Notes: generated from the letters alone by a model not told the origin. Positions 36,195 to 51,240 are shown, numbered from the stretch's first letter. The stretch: DNA of 64,000 bases from Eledone cirrhosa (GCA_964016885.1 OZ024740.1:388182001-388246000), one strand, 5' to 3'. Numbers and translations: made by a program.

Positions 36195-36386
36195 AGGAAC
36201 GAGTAGGACCCCGACGGCCAAGCTCAAGCCGTTTCGACGGCTAATTCTTAGTCCAGAATTAGCCGTCGAAACGGCTAGAGCTCAGCCGTCGGGGTCCTAC
36301 TCGTTCCTATTACCCACTCTACTACCCTAAGTATTGAGTACTTTGGTGCGTTATGGTCCACCTGGTTCCTTACCACATTTCCTTCG

Positions 36387-36390
<4 letters not shown>
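36195..36390 (+). mobile_element. Family H1 fragment with 5' fold-back
   Basis: Same sequence and structure as 29628-29820. Confidence 0.75.
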
Positions 36391-36440
<50 letters not shown>

Positions 36441-36659
36441 ACAGGGAGAAAAAGACGATTATTAGAAAGAAAAATATTTTCTTTTCCCTTTTTATTTTTT
36501 TCTCTCTTTTTTCTGGGTTAGAAAATGATTAAAACGAAATATTTTACTTTGTGTGAAGTCTTAAGGTATTAGTTTATTTATTTATTTATTTATATATTTA
36601 AAAATTGTCTATTACCGGGTTCAGCATTTTTATGCATATATATACACACACACACATTC

Positions 36660-36757
<98 letters not shown>

Positions 36758-36849
36758 ATATATATGAAAAACGTAATATATGAAAACGTATATATGAAAA
36801 ACGTAAAATAAGAAAATTTTAAAAATTAAAAATTAACTTACTAAAATTT

Positions 36850-36931
36850 ACTCCAACTAATTAGTTTCTGTAATGGGATAAAGATAGTTACGCAATGTAA
36901 CCATCGAGAATTCATTACGTCATCAGGGAGT
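36850..36931 (-). ncRNA. Type I hammerhead (inverted copy)
   Basis: Reverse complement of 37001-37082. Confidence 0.8.
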
Positions 36932-37000
36932 CTATTCTCAGCTTATTTTTATATGAGTCCCTAGTGTCCACGCATTGCCTGGAGACTTAGCTGAGAATAG

Positions 37001-37082
37001 ACTCCCTGATGACGTAATGAATTCTCGATGGTTACATTGCGTAACTATCTTTATCCCATTACAGAAACTAATTAGTTGGAGT
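37001..37082 (+). ncRNA. Type I hammerhead
   Basis: ACTCC-CTGATGA-c-GTAATG..CATTAC-a-GAAA-CTAATTAG-TT-GGAGT. Confidence 0.82.
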
Positions 37083-37541
37083 GAAAATTTTAGTAAATAA
37101 GTTAATTTTTAATTTTTAAAATTTTCTTATTTTACGTATTTCATATAATTGTTCTGCATCCTCCTGCATTGAACCACCTAGGTACTATGACATAACTTAT
37201 GTATTTGCTAGCATTAGTGTACATCTGTACGCATATATTGGTAAATATACTAATTCTCTATATTTATCTCCAAATTATTTATTTGTTGATCAAACCTGTC
37301 AAATCCACTACTAACTCATTGTAGTGGTAGTAGGCTTTTGTCATTTTACCATCCCACTCCTTCCGACTAGCCTCAGTGTCACGTGATTGATTCTTTAGAA
37401 TCTGCCATTTGACCAGAGACAGTGAACTTTTTCAGTGCTTTGGAATTTAGTCCCCGCTAGCTGTTCCATCCACCGAATTATTATTATTTTTATATGAGTC
37501 CCTAGTGTCCGCGCATTGCCTGGAGACTTAGCTGAGAATAG

Positions 37542-37623
37542 ACTCCCTGATGACGTAATGAATTCTCGATGGTTACATTGCGTAACTATCTTTATCCCAT
37601 TACAGAAACTAATTAGTTGGAGT
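37542..37623 (+). ncRNA. Type I hammerhead (second direct copy)
   Basis: Identical to 37001-37082, offset 541. Confidence 0.82.
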
Positions 37624-37788
37624 GAAAATTTTAGTAAGTTAATTTTTAATTTTTAAAATTTTCTTATTTTACGTATTTCATATAATTGTTCTGCATCCTC
37701 CTGCATTGAACCACCTAGGTACTATGACATAACTTATGTATTTGCTAGCATTAGTGTACATCTGTACGCATATGTTGGTAAATATAGT

Positions 37789-37964
<176 letters not shown>

Positions 37965-38154
37965 GTAGGTCCCGGGTTGAGTCGGGGATAACCACAGTAA
38001 GTAAGGTACTCAATACATGGCAGAGTAAAATTTGTTTATTTTATAGAAGGAGCTTCTACAGGACTAGTACTGTTTCATTCAGATGAATGAAACAGTACTA
38101 GTCCTGTAGAAGCTCCTTCTATAAAATAAAAAAAAATATATATATATATATATA

Positions 38155-38685
38155 TTATTTTGAAACTTTTTCTTATTTGCTAAACCTTGATTATATATGT
38201 TCTGGCTCGTTAATTTATTAACCTGCCATTGAACCACATTGGCATATGGTTGGATAATATATGTGTCCCTATACGTTTTTTGCGTGTAGGGATATATACT
38301 TTATTATTATTAATATCCCCCTGGTCGAGATAAAACTTGGTCGTTTTGACTGCTGCTATTTATAGTGGTAGTAGATTGACCTCCCTGCCTCTGCCTTCTA
38401 TCTTTTCACACGGCACTGTACAGAATTGCTTCCACATCATTCATTCTTATCTCGGGAACAATTTTGAATAGCGCCAGTTCGTAATTCGAACTCGGGAATT
38501 TTATATTCTCCGAGTGAAAAGAACCTTCTGACGAGAGTTTATCTTTTCAATGGAGGCCCGCAAGGAATATTCATTTATTTTTGAGACTCGAAACCGTTTC
38601 GGTAAAGGTAACCATAGTAAGTACAGTGAATTTTTTGAAATTTATTTTGAAACTTTTTCTTATTTGCTAAACCTTGATTATATAT
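38155..38685 (+). mobile_element. Retrozyme-like element, 487-bp period, about 40-bp terminal redundancy, in (TA)n
   Basis: TTATTTTGAAACTTTTTCTTATTTGCTAAACCTTGATTA at both ends (G at 38162 and 38649); internal HHR; no real ORF. Confidence 0.8.
38523..38609 (+). ncRNA. Canonical type I hammerhead ribozyme
   Basis: ACCTT-CTGACGA-GAGTTT..AGACTC-GAAA-CCG-TTT-CGG-TA-AAGGT; all core nucleotides and three stems present; GUA site at 38602-38604. Confidence 0.9.
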
Positions 38686-38694
38686 ATATGTATG

Positions 38695-38894
<200 letters not shown>

Positions 38895-38971
38895 GGTATA
38901 AGTTGACGGTACTAGCATAAGGTTTTCCTGCTAGTACCGGTTGTATAAATATATATATATATATATATACA

Positions 38972-39101
<130 letters not shown>

Positions 39102-40960
39102 CGTGTGCGTGTGCGTGAAAAGTTTCAGAAACAAGAGAGCAAAACGATACGCTTGATATAGTCAAATGGAATCCTATTCTTTCGGAGATACCAGATTTGT
39201 GGAGCTCACAAAACTGGCATCAATATCCCTATAACACCAAGGTTCATTCATTTAGCTGCCTGAACAATTTTAGGAAACGTATAGGGTTTCGTTAATCCAC
39301 CAGTCTCCATATACTCCAGAGACAGCTCCTTCTAACATATGACGATGCCTCAGCTTTGCGACTCGAGCGAGAATCATGCAAATTGCGGTAGCGGAGCAGA
39401 AAGCCATTTCGGTATTTCCTGACGCGTTCCGAACTGTGCTAAATGTGTGGCGGCACACGGTACTTAGTAGGAAGGGGATTTGCAATTGAAAATTACCAAG
39501 TAAGTTCGAATATAAATTACAGTGAGCTATAGTTCTAATTATTTAGTGTGGAGGGAATTAATAGAAAATAAAACATTTTTCTCTTCTTTAATTTCAAATT
39601 ATTGCTATAGTAAAATCTTTAAGTTTTATTAAAAGACACGTTAACTCGCTGAGTCTCAGAGGTTTTCACAGAGCCTTTATTAACATTGTTCTAACGTGTA
39701 TAAGACGAAATTGACGGATATTTGGCCGTTTCCCTAGCTGATCATGCAAGCTGTGATATTTACATTAATGGTGAAGTTTCTATTATGCCACCGTGTTCTG
39801 AGAAATCTTTGAATAATATTGGAAGTGAAGGTTTAGTTTTCTTTTTCTTTCATTTATTGTCGAAGCAACTATTTTGCAATGAACAAATATGGCGTGTTAC
39901 ATCGTTGCATGACTTGCGAAACTCGTTAGTGCGGTTGCTGGTTTGCATTGTTCATTCTAAGATTTTAATGAATTCGATATTTATAAAAATCACAGGTACA
40001 CATATTCATAACAGGTTGGACATCTGACGCACACATTTATATGCACACATATATTTTAAAACTAACAGACACACACAGGCATATAGGCGAAGACATACAC
40101 AAAATCATGCAGGCACATACACATATAGGGATAAACACACTATCATCTCTCGTACATAAACAAACTCTCATAGAAAAAGACAATGTACACACGATGTCAA
40201 TGTTAGATTCGTAATGGTGACAGGTTATCTTAACTCTTACCTCTCCCTATTTCTAAATACCAATCTTCGTAAATTTGGAAAATGAATATTAATAAAAGAG
40301 AGGAAACAGTGACCGTTATGACAGTAACACTATTATTGTTGATTTTTTGTTGGAGGCCAAACATATCACCACTTTTAACACCGGCCTTTGGCATTCGCTG
40401 GCGTCTGGTTTATTTGAGCAAGCACCTAGAAGTGGGGAGGTTTATCATGATTTCATGACATGGTGATTCTACCCGCAATTTCTGATTCGTGATGTTGTCG
40501 TCTTAAAGAACACGCAGTAGAAACTCTCTATCGGGAATGGCCCGCTAGCAGGTATAAATCACTGACGGTATTGTCCGTAAAACCTCATGAGTACCATAAA
40601 AGTCAGACCATAAAATGATATCACCCTACTCCAATATTCGGGATAGGTACCACAGAGAGGTATTCACACGTGACTACTTCCAGTTGTAACGCTTACATAT
40701 ATCAAGCTAGGGGTTAGTGCACCTACTTTGTCGTCTCAACCTTTCCACCCGAAATCCAGAACAAATAAACTTATGAAAATATCAGCGATTCTTTGCTTAA
40801 ACTTTAATCTGTTATTTTAATATATATATATAAAAAAAACCTCAACGGTTGAAATTCGCAAGATAGTCATTCGCTGACTATCCAGCGAATTTCAACCGTT
40901 GAGGTTGTCTTTTTTCCGGGTATGTCAATATGTATATGTATATATATATATATATATATA

Positions 40961-41166
40961 GTAATAATAATAAATCTGAAGACTAAAATGCAAAGAGGGC
41001 TCGATAAGGATAAATATATATCAAATATATAAGAACCGTAGAGCAAATATTTATTAAAATAACAGATTAAAGTTTAAGCAAAGAATCGGTGCTTTCACCC
41101 TTAACGAAGATCCCGTTAAGGGTGAAAGCAGCGATTCCTTGCTTAAACTTTAATCTGTTATTTTAA
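40961..41166 (-). mobile_element. Solo fragment of the 32352 PLE pseudo-LTR with fold-back
   Basis: Matches 32352-32497, then inverts; further scraps near 40783-40820 and 49250-49300. Confidence 0.85.
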
Positions 41167-41186
41167 TATATATATATATATATGTA

Positions 41187-41362
<176 letters not shown>

Positions 41363-41366
41363 TAGA

Positions 41367-41434
<68 letters not shown>

Positions 41435-41482
41435 TATATAATGTACTTCCATAGATGGATACAACACACACACACACACATA

Positions 41483-41558
<76 letters not shown>

Positions 41559-41817
41559 TATTTATATATACGCGTGGGCTTCACTTGATTGATTGAGGTG
41601 AAGCGGGATTAGCACTTGCAGTTGGTTGTGTTGTTATTGTTAAGGTTTTCCTAATAATATCAGAAATATTAATACATTTTCTAAAGTAAATTGAAAGTCA
41701 AGTAATGGTGAAAATAGATTTGTTTTCCTTTTTTATTCTGAAGCAAAATAATTCCAAGTAGTATTGAAATGTAACCTCTGGTTGCATGGTGCATATATAT
41801 ATATACACACACAGAAA

Positions 41818-41891
<74 letters not shown>

Positions 41892-41924
41892 GCCCTCTCT
41901 CTCTCTATATATATATATATAGAT

Positions 41925-41961
<37 letters not shown>

Positions 41962-41962
41962 A

Positions 41963-42008
<46 letters not shown>

Positions 42009-42428
42009 TTATATACATACCATAAAACCACATACGGATACAAACAAATATACATTTATATATGTTTTTTTTTCGTTTCTGTGTGTACGTGCGTTAGTAT
42101 GTATGTGTTTGTATGTATTTCTCGCTATTATTCGTTGTATTCTTATATCCATGATTGCATCCTATTTAATATCAAGTATGTTTATATATATTCTACACAA
42201 CTTTGAAATTCAGATCATATTAAAAATAGAATCTTTGTAGTTTCTAGAATTCAAAATAGTATTATGCCATTTGAAATGTTTTCCATTTTCTGAAGTATAT
42301 CTTTCATATTCGTATACACACACACGCACACGCACACGCACGCACACGCACACACGCACACACGCACACACACACACACACACACTCACACACACATATA
42401 TATATATGTATACACATATATATATAAG

Positions 42429-42501
<73 letters not shown>

Positions 42502-42573
42502 GTGTATATATATATATATATATATGTGTGTTGTGTGTGTGTATATATATATATATATACACCCACACATATA

Positions 42574-42604
<31 letters not shown>

Positions 42605-42606
<2 letters not shown>

Positions 42607-43857
42607 GTTTTGCGAGGTTTTTTATATGAAATCGTGTGTCGAAACAGATATTGTTATATTTGGGGAGGGTCATATTTGCGTAATATTTGCGTAATATGGA
42701 ATAGCTTAGATAGGGCTAGACATAAGATAGGGAAGGCCACATCATGGTACGACAACCAGAGATATCAGAGTGTCATGTTTGTGGACGCCACCCCTGGAGG
42801 GAAATTAGCTAACCAGTGTAGAAAGGCCCTGAGAAAGACCCACTTAAAAATAAAGGTGGTAGAAAAGCCAGGAACCACCATAAAATCCCTGATCAGCAAA
42901 ACCTACCCTTTTAAGAAAACCCACTGTACCAATAGGAAATGTATCATATGTAAGGTGAACCCCCGGATAAACTGTAAAACTAGAAACGTAGTCTATAGCA
43001 TAAGATGTACAGAGGGTACTTGCAGAAACACGACAACAACATACATAGGTGAGACAGCTCGTAGCATAGGTGAAAGGATAGACCAACACTGGGGGGAACT
43101 AAAAGGACGAAAATACGGGTCAGTACTATACGAACATGCTAGACAACAACATGACGGTAACATAGACAACATAGAAATTAGAATAATATCTAAACATAGG
43201 AATGACCCAGCAGATAGGCAAATCAGAGAGGCCAGTGAAATAGAAATTAGAAGACCAAAGCTAAACAGAAAGAATGAGTGGAACAACAACAACACCCAAA
43301 CAAACAGCACTGACCTAAGAGAAGTATAAATAAATAAGTAAATTAAATAAAATAAAATAAGATAAATAAATACATACACAAGCACATAAACACACACTAG
43401 TCACCCAGCAGACACAACACTATACACACTAGTCACACATCACACATAACACTATACACACACGCAAACGCATGCGCAAAGAAGACAAAATAAAATAAGA
43501 TAAACAAACAAGCAAATAAATAAATAAATATATAGACAGACTGAACAAAAAAAATGGCGTAGACATACAACACAACAGGAGGAACAATGAATATAACACC
43601 ACTGACGATGTTGCAGATGTGCAACGAAAGATTTATGTAAATTATGTAAACTATATATATATGTGTTTGTCTATATTGTATCTGTATTATTTTTGACCGC
43701 CGGTCAGTCAATGGCAACATTGAGGACCGAGTAAGTTAGATCGCAGATATATATATATAAAAGACAGCGAGAAGCGAAAACCAACCAAACAGTGTGTTCT
43801 GTTATTAATTCTGGCAATATTACGCAAATATGACCCTCCCCAAATATAACAATATAT
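42605..43857 (+). mobile_element. 5'-truncated Penelope-like element (second lineage): GIY-YIG domain + 3' UTR, inverted terminal piece at the 5' end
   Basis: [41 protein letters not shown]; 42648-42686 is the reverse complement of 43816-43855. Confidence 0.88.
43597..43638 (+). ncRNA. Hammerhead-like motif in PLE 3' UTR (stem I decayed)
   Basis: CTGACGA-T-GTTGCA-GATG-TGCAAC-GAAA-GATT-TA. Confidence 0.55.
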
Positions 43858-44109
43858 ATATATATATACCTATATATTTCTACCCCCCATTGTTCTACCT
43901 ACCGTTCCGACTTCCTCCCCCTCCTCCTCCCCTGTATCTTCTTTGACCTCATGCCCAGCTGTAGCTGGCACTACCAACGCTTGATTGGGTCTACTCCACC
44001 CCCTCCCCTCTTTCTCCTACTGGCAGGTTTAGCCACCATCTCCCCTACTAATTTGCAACCACAGAATTACTACTGATTTTTGACAATCACTTTGACCATA
44101 TATGGAATT

Positions 44110-44203
44110 ACCCCTTGAGAAGATCGGCTATTTAAATACCAGGATAAATTTTCATTTAGTCCAGAATTAGCCGTCGAAACGGCTTGAGCTCAGCTGTCGG
44201 GGT
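44110..44203 (+). ncRNA. Type I hammerhead with compensatory U3-A8 core (family H1)
   Basis: ACCCC-TTGAGAA-GA(T)CGGCTA..TAGCCGTC-GAAA-CGGCT..AGCTG-TC-GGGGT. Confidence 0.8.
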
Positions 44204-45179
44204 CTTACTGGTTCCTATATATATATATATATATGCATATATATATACATACACACACGTACACACGCACACACGCACCACTCCCACATATATATATACA
44301 TGGGTGGAGGTATGTGTATGGATGGGTATGTGTATGGAGGTATGTGTATGGATGGGTTTTGTATCCACAAAGACTGACGTACCATGCATACACACATATA
44401 TATATATAATATAGTAAGCTATACACACGCAGGCTCAAACATGTGTGAAATATATATCTGCCTGTGCGTTTGAGTGTGTCTCTGTGTGCGTATGCATGCG
44501 TTTGTATTGATTTAAATTGATGTAGAAAATCAAAAATACATATAAGAGATTTATTTAATTATCATTTCTCCACCGCACAACACAGAAAAATATGGCTTCA
44601 TACAGAAATGCATAGAACAGCTTTCACAAAAAATGTAGCGCATTATTTTTACATACACATAGCAGAAAGTTTCCATTTCGTCCATTTGCCATAAAATATT
44701 TAATGAATACATTCAGATCTTTGAAAATTCAAGCTTCAACTAAAGTAATGTAACATTGAAGATGTAACAACATCTTCAATGCAACCACCGAAATATACTA
44801 GACTTTTCTCAGATCATAAAGTGGCTGCTAACTCTGTGGAAAGAAAATTGTTGAAACCAAACATTCTTTATGCATGAATGAAATAGCAGATTATCTAGAA
44901 TATTGATTACTTATTGTGATATTTGTTTACTTTTAACACTTTCGGGGTCGATAAAATAAAGTATTAGTTAATAGAGATGGAATGTCGGAATTGTTCGGAC
45001 GAAACACTTCGGCGTTGTACCGGCGTTTTGCGTTCTGTATTAAAATCTCACTAAAGGTTTATCAATGAGAAGACTACGTCTAATTGAGGGGAGAGATTGT
45101 GGCTATTTTGTACTGCAGTTGAACGATGTGAAGATGAGTACATACACGCTTAACCCCCCCCCCCATATATATATATATA

Positions 45180-46002
<823 letters not shown>

Positions 46003-46305
46003 CTAGCAAAATAAACGGTAGTGTCCAATCCGTATGAAAAACTCAATGTAATCCAAATATAGAAGATATCATAAAGAGAGAAAATGCATTCAAAATCAAC
46101 GATAAAAAACATAGGAAAACAGAGTCAAGATAAATTAATAAAAACAATGAAATAAAAACAACGAACAGGTTCCTTATATTGACAAATTCATCATTTTACG
46201 ATCGTTTCTGGGATATATATGTGTGTTGGTATGTATATCATGTTAAAGATCTATGTAAAGAAATATTATAAATTATCAGAGGGGATATACATACCTTCAC
46301 ATATA

Positions 46306-46409
<104 letters not shown>

Positions 46410-46809
46410 AAAAAAGATGAAATCGAAAATGCAACTGGAGTCTTTTTTTAAAAAAAGACTCCAGTTGCATTTTCGATTTCATCTTTTTTCCTTATACTAT
46501 CACTCGTGTAGGACACCTCGGTTATTTTTCATTTTGTTAAAAAAAACTCACTTTCTAATATATATATATATATAAAAGTAATATATATGAGTAATATATA
46601 TGATGAAACAGATACCAACACATCTGTATTTATATTGCAAAAGAAAGTTAGCCAGAATGAAGAATATTAATTATTTTACCACAGTTCATCCACATCGATT
46701 TAAAATAATAAATCGACAAAAACTAGCTGCGCTGCCAAATGGCTATGATGTTTATACATATTTAAATTTCAAAGTCAAACCTGTTCAGTAGATAAGTTTA
46801 AACCTCAAA

Positions 46810-46874
46810 ATCCAAACATGTTTCGAGATGAATATAAGTGTAGGAATATCATGCCACTGCTCTCCTCAGTAAAC
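46810..46874 (-). ncRNA. Type I hammerhead
   Basis: Minus strand GTTTA-CTGAGGA-GAG..CTC-GAAA-CATG-TT-TGGAT; palindromic stem III; wobble-rich stem I. Confidence 0.72.
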
Positions 46875-47327
46875 ATCCAGAGACAATTGATAAGCTTCAC
46901 TTCTAAATAATTTAAAAGACTGTTGGACGCACATGGGTTCACAGATTCAAGCTAGTCTCATAACCGTACTGCTAGAAATAACAGTCGTATATATGAGGCG
47001 AATTTCAGCTCGACGAAGAGCAGTTATATTAAGTGTAATTAATTCTTTTACAATGGAATTAGCTCAAAGGAAATATTCCTGGGCCGTGTATAAAAGTAAT
47101 ATATATGAGTAATATATATGATGAAACAGATACCAACACATCTGTATTTATATTGCAAAAGAAAGTTAGCCAGAATGAAGAATATTAATTATTTTACCAC
47201 AGTTCGTCCACATCGATTTAAAATAATAAATCGACAAAAACTAGCTGCGCTGCCAAATGGCTATGATGTTTATACATATTTAAATTTCAAAGTCAAACCT
47301 GTTCAGTAGATAAGTTTAAACCTCAAA

Positions 47328-47392
47328 ATCCAAACATGTTTCGAGATGAATATAAGTGTAGGAATATCATGCCACTGCTCTCCTCAGTAAAC
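47328..47392 (-). ncRNA. Type I hammerhead (second copy)
   Basis: Identical to 46810-46874, offset 518. Confidence 0.72.
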
Positions 47393-48124
47393 ATCCAGAG
47401 ACAATTGATAAGCTTCACTTCTAAATAATTTAAAAGACTTTAAACTTATATAAAAGCACTCACTGTGGATCACGAAATAATATTTGTTCCTAACGTTTTT
47501 CGTGTGTTTTCAACTAATCTGACCTTCGACGTGCTCACAATTGTCTATTTTCCGAAAACGGAATGGAGCGACGGGGGAATCTATAAAGTATGTTTGCAAA
47601 TATGTCAACAATGGTTCCGATACTGCCGTGTTTACGCTACAACAACGAAATAAGTCTGACGAGGTGTCCAACTTCCAATACAGCCGATATAACAGCAGTA
47701 TGGAGATGGGGGTAAGGAAGTTGACCCTCAGATTTTCCTAGCGTCGGAAATTTCTTCAGGAGAAAATTTTCTTTTCTAGGTTCTTTCATTTGTTTTCAAA
47801 CGATCTGACATCCAACTCACTCGCCAATGACGTTTTTTTCCCGAAAACGGAGGCTGGGAGTGAGGGGGACCCTCTGAGTTGCAGCTAAGCACCTCTTAGC
47901 CATTTAAATTTATAGAAGGGCACATGCTGGGCCGGTGGGGTGTGGGTCAAAAAACAATTTTTTCCCTAAGTTTTTTTGTGGGTTTTCAACATGGAAATTT
48001 GGGTGTGACCCTCGTATTTTCACAGCCTCGGATATTTCTTTAGAGGGAGTAACGGAGTCGGGAAGGGAGGGTGACACTCAGAGTTACAGATAGACGCGTC
48101 TCATCCGTTTAAATTTATAGAAAA

Positions 48125-48385
48125 GCAATACCTTGATACTGAAGGATGTTTTGATCTTTCATCATTTGTACTGTTGGAGAAAGCGTTGTAAACTTAATGA
48201 AGTTTTCCTCAATTTAGAAATCCACCACTCCAGCGAGGCGTGGCTGTGTGAAAGAGCAATCCTTGCCTCCGAAACCCTCACAGTGAACGTCATCAACAAA
48301 AATCTCTCATAAATGATTCTTGGAGATAGCCCGACCTACAAATCCATCGACAGAGTTGTGGTAGACGAAGCTGTTCATTAAACTA
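48125..48385 (+). pseudogene. Helitron Pif1-type helicase fragment
   Basis: Manual translation AWLCERAILASETLTVNVINKNLS*MILGDSPTYKSIDRVVVDEAVH matches the WLxERAILAP..YKSID..EAV segment of Helitron helicases; subrepeats at 47440-48120 may belong to the same element. Confidence 0.75.
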
Positions 48386-49005
48386 GAATTACACATTATT
48401 TTTATAGTTCGATATTTTCATATTTTTCATATTTTATCTCATAGCATATAATTTTATCATACTATATTATATCATATTAGATCCCATAGTAATATTCCAT
48501 ATGCAATCTGATATTAAGCGGCTCCTTCTATTCAATAATGGCTACCGATTTAATTTCATTTTAATCTATATGCTTGAATAATTTCATTTTAAATTTTATC
48601 TTCAATTGTGTACTTGTATCTTTTACCTAGGTGTAGCTATATTTTCTCCACACTGCGTAATTTGTTATCACTACCCTTTATTAATACATATAGACACCAT
48701 AAACAGCTATTGTATGAACAGAAAATTTCATGAATAAAAATCAGAGTAGGTAGAAAATTTCACTGGGGCGTTCTAAAAGGTAAGGAAGTTGTAAGTTTAG
48801 AACTATCTTCCACCAATGGATATGTGTTGTTTAAGCCCATTGTGATGATATGCTGAGGGTGGTGGAACACTTTCGTATGTAAGTAGGGCTTTGAGGAAAC
48901 AGCACCAATAACTAGATCATGGCCTATCACATAATATTCATAAGTAATTTTTATTCATCGCATTTTTATACATTTAATTAATATTCATTAAAATTCTGTT
49001 TATGT

Positions 49006-49072
49006 AATAGTTGTCTGATGAGGGTGCAACTGTTACATAACAGTTTCCATCGAAATACATATAACAGCGATT
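49006..49072 (+). ncRNA. Type I hammerhead
   Basis: AAT-A-GTTGT-CTGATGA-G-GGTG-C-AACTGTTA/TAACAGTT..CATC-GAAA-TACATA-TA-ACAGC-G-ATT, followed by AATAAA. Confidence 0.75.
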
Positions 49073-50157
49073 ATGCAACCAATAAAATAAGGTAAATTCT
49101 AATCTACGGGCTTCTACGTTATTGTTAAACCAATACACTGGAGTACACATATATACATATGTAATTCGTCGTATGCTCTATCCTACGTACACTAGTGTCG
49201 GTTTATTAACTAATACAAAATATACCAATTATATATATATAGAGCAAAACAGATCCCGTTAAGGGTGAAAGCAACAATTCTTTGCTTAAACTTTAATTTG
49301 TACTTATAATAAATGTATATATATATATGTGCTAGTAGAATAATGCACTCGAAGAACATGTACTAATCAAGTTTGTTTTGGTAGCACAAGACAGAGGTAC
49401 ATGTAGAATAGTAAACATGCGAAAGCTATATGAAGTTGCATATAAATTGCTATCTTATGAACTCGGTCCGTTGGATACAGGGAAACCACATCACCTAATC
49501 TTTGGCCCCAGGGAAATATGTATAATTGATTAATAAACACACACGCACACAGACAGACAGACACACACACACATATATATATGTGTGTGTGTATGTGCGT
49601 GTATTATATATATACAAATGTATATATGTAATATATGTGTATATATATATATACGTGTATATACATACATATACATATGTACAGCAAGTGAGAGTAGGGA
49701 GTAGATAAGTATATTCATGAAAAGGTGCATTATCCAAATCATGAATGCCTTAATGTGGAAAGAGGTGCATAATTTTATGATGTTATCACTTCACTGAATG
49801 CTATTATTGGTTTTTTTAAAATCATATCTAAACTTTCATATAATGAAAGACGCTATACATTAAATTCCTCAGTCTGATGTCTCAATTTTCGAACGTTATG
49901 AAGTAGTATAAAATGGTTTGGCTGTTACTTCTAGAAAGTCCAATCATTTCCCAGGATCATAACCTTAATATCCTGAAAAATCTTGTTAATTTTAGAAAAA
50001 CCGAAAACACCCTTATCCCCTCCACTCTAATCCTCAGCGCTAAAAGGCAGCGACAAAGCAACAAACATTGCCTCTGTTGTAACCTATATAATAAACGCAT
50101 ACAAGATGAGCTAATTATGGAATTTCTGCATTTACAAAAGTATGTATGTATGTATGT

Positions 50158-51240
50158 CAGGTCACTCTTCAGCGCTACTGGTAACATGTAACCCAGTACA
50201 ACCTGTGCATGGTCGGGTTGTTGGTGACTAAAATGACAACCCCTTCAAGCTTTCTTGGTGAGGGGCGTGATTTTGTACACAATGCGGGATGAAAAACAAA
50301 ACCCATCAAATGGCGAAGGAAATCAGGAGATTCAACGGCCATAAGTTTTTTTTTCTTTTTGAAGCAAGAGACTCCTCCTAGTCTTCATTAAGACATCTCT
50401 CTAGGAGAAGGTCACTCTGGTATAAAACCTGCAACTTCGTTTGCATCCAATGATGTAAACGAGTTCTTCTTTTGGGGAAAATGTATTTGATGTTGAGAGA
50501 GTGGGATTGGTCCCGTGCAAAGCCTTTTTTCACTTAAAAAACATTGGCATCGCTTGATACGTGACATGTTTTGCGATGCTTGGTATTGCTGGCCATAGGC
50601 AAGTCCCTAGCACGACTAAAAAGTCAACCCCGTGCTTAAGTATCAAGTGGTGGCATTACTCGAAATTGAGTTGCAGCCATCACGTCTGTCTGTATGTATG
50701 TATGTGTGTCGGGTCACTCTTGAGAGCTACTAGTAACATGTAACCCAGTACAACCTGTCGCATGGTCGGGTCGTCGGCGACTAAACCGGCAACCCCACCA
50801 AGTTTACTTGGTGAGGAGTGTGATTTTAGACACCCTGCAGGACAAAAAACAAAACCTGACAAAGGGCAGAAGAACTCATAAGAGTCAACGGCCATCCAAA
50901 AGTGTGTAAATATGTATATAGACATGTACCGCACGGTTAAACCACTGGGAGTGGAGGACCCCTAGCCTTTGTCAGGGCATTTTTCTAGGAGAAGGCAACT
51001 CAGAAAACTGGGATAACTCCGATATAAAACCTACGGCTCAGTAGTTACCGATGATGTTGATCTTTTCTTCTTTTCGGGTTATATCTACTGTGGCTCAGAT
51101 AGTGAAATTGGCTCAGTGCACAGTCTTTCCTCGCTTTAAAAAATATCTTCACGCACAGGCATTGCACGATAGAATTAATTAATAATTATTAATAATCGTA
51201 TATCGTGCAATGGCCATACTCGATAACGAGGGGGCAGTCA
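50158..51240 (+). mobile_element. Two older, longer relatives of the RTE-related SINE-like family, in (ATGT)n
   Basis: Shared GGTCACTCTT..GTAACATGTAACCCAGTACAACCTG head at 50160 and 50712; CTAGGAGAAGG..ACTC motif. Confidence 0.65.

Larger units (their letters stand above)
46570..47438 (-). mobile_element. Retrozyme-like element: about 345-bp direct repeats (518-bp period), each with a minus-strand HHR
   Basis: 46570-46921 repeated at 47088-47439; left end abuts (TA)n. Confidence 0.8.

Noticed and set aside
50158-50800. Twister or HDV ribozyme in the head of the RTE-related SINE-like copies
   Set aside because: Hairpins are present but neither consensus could be fitted by eye
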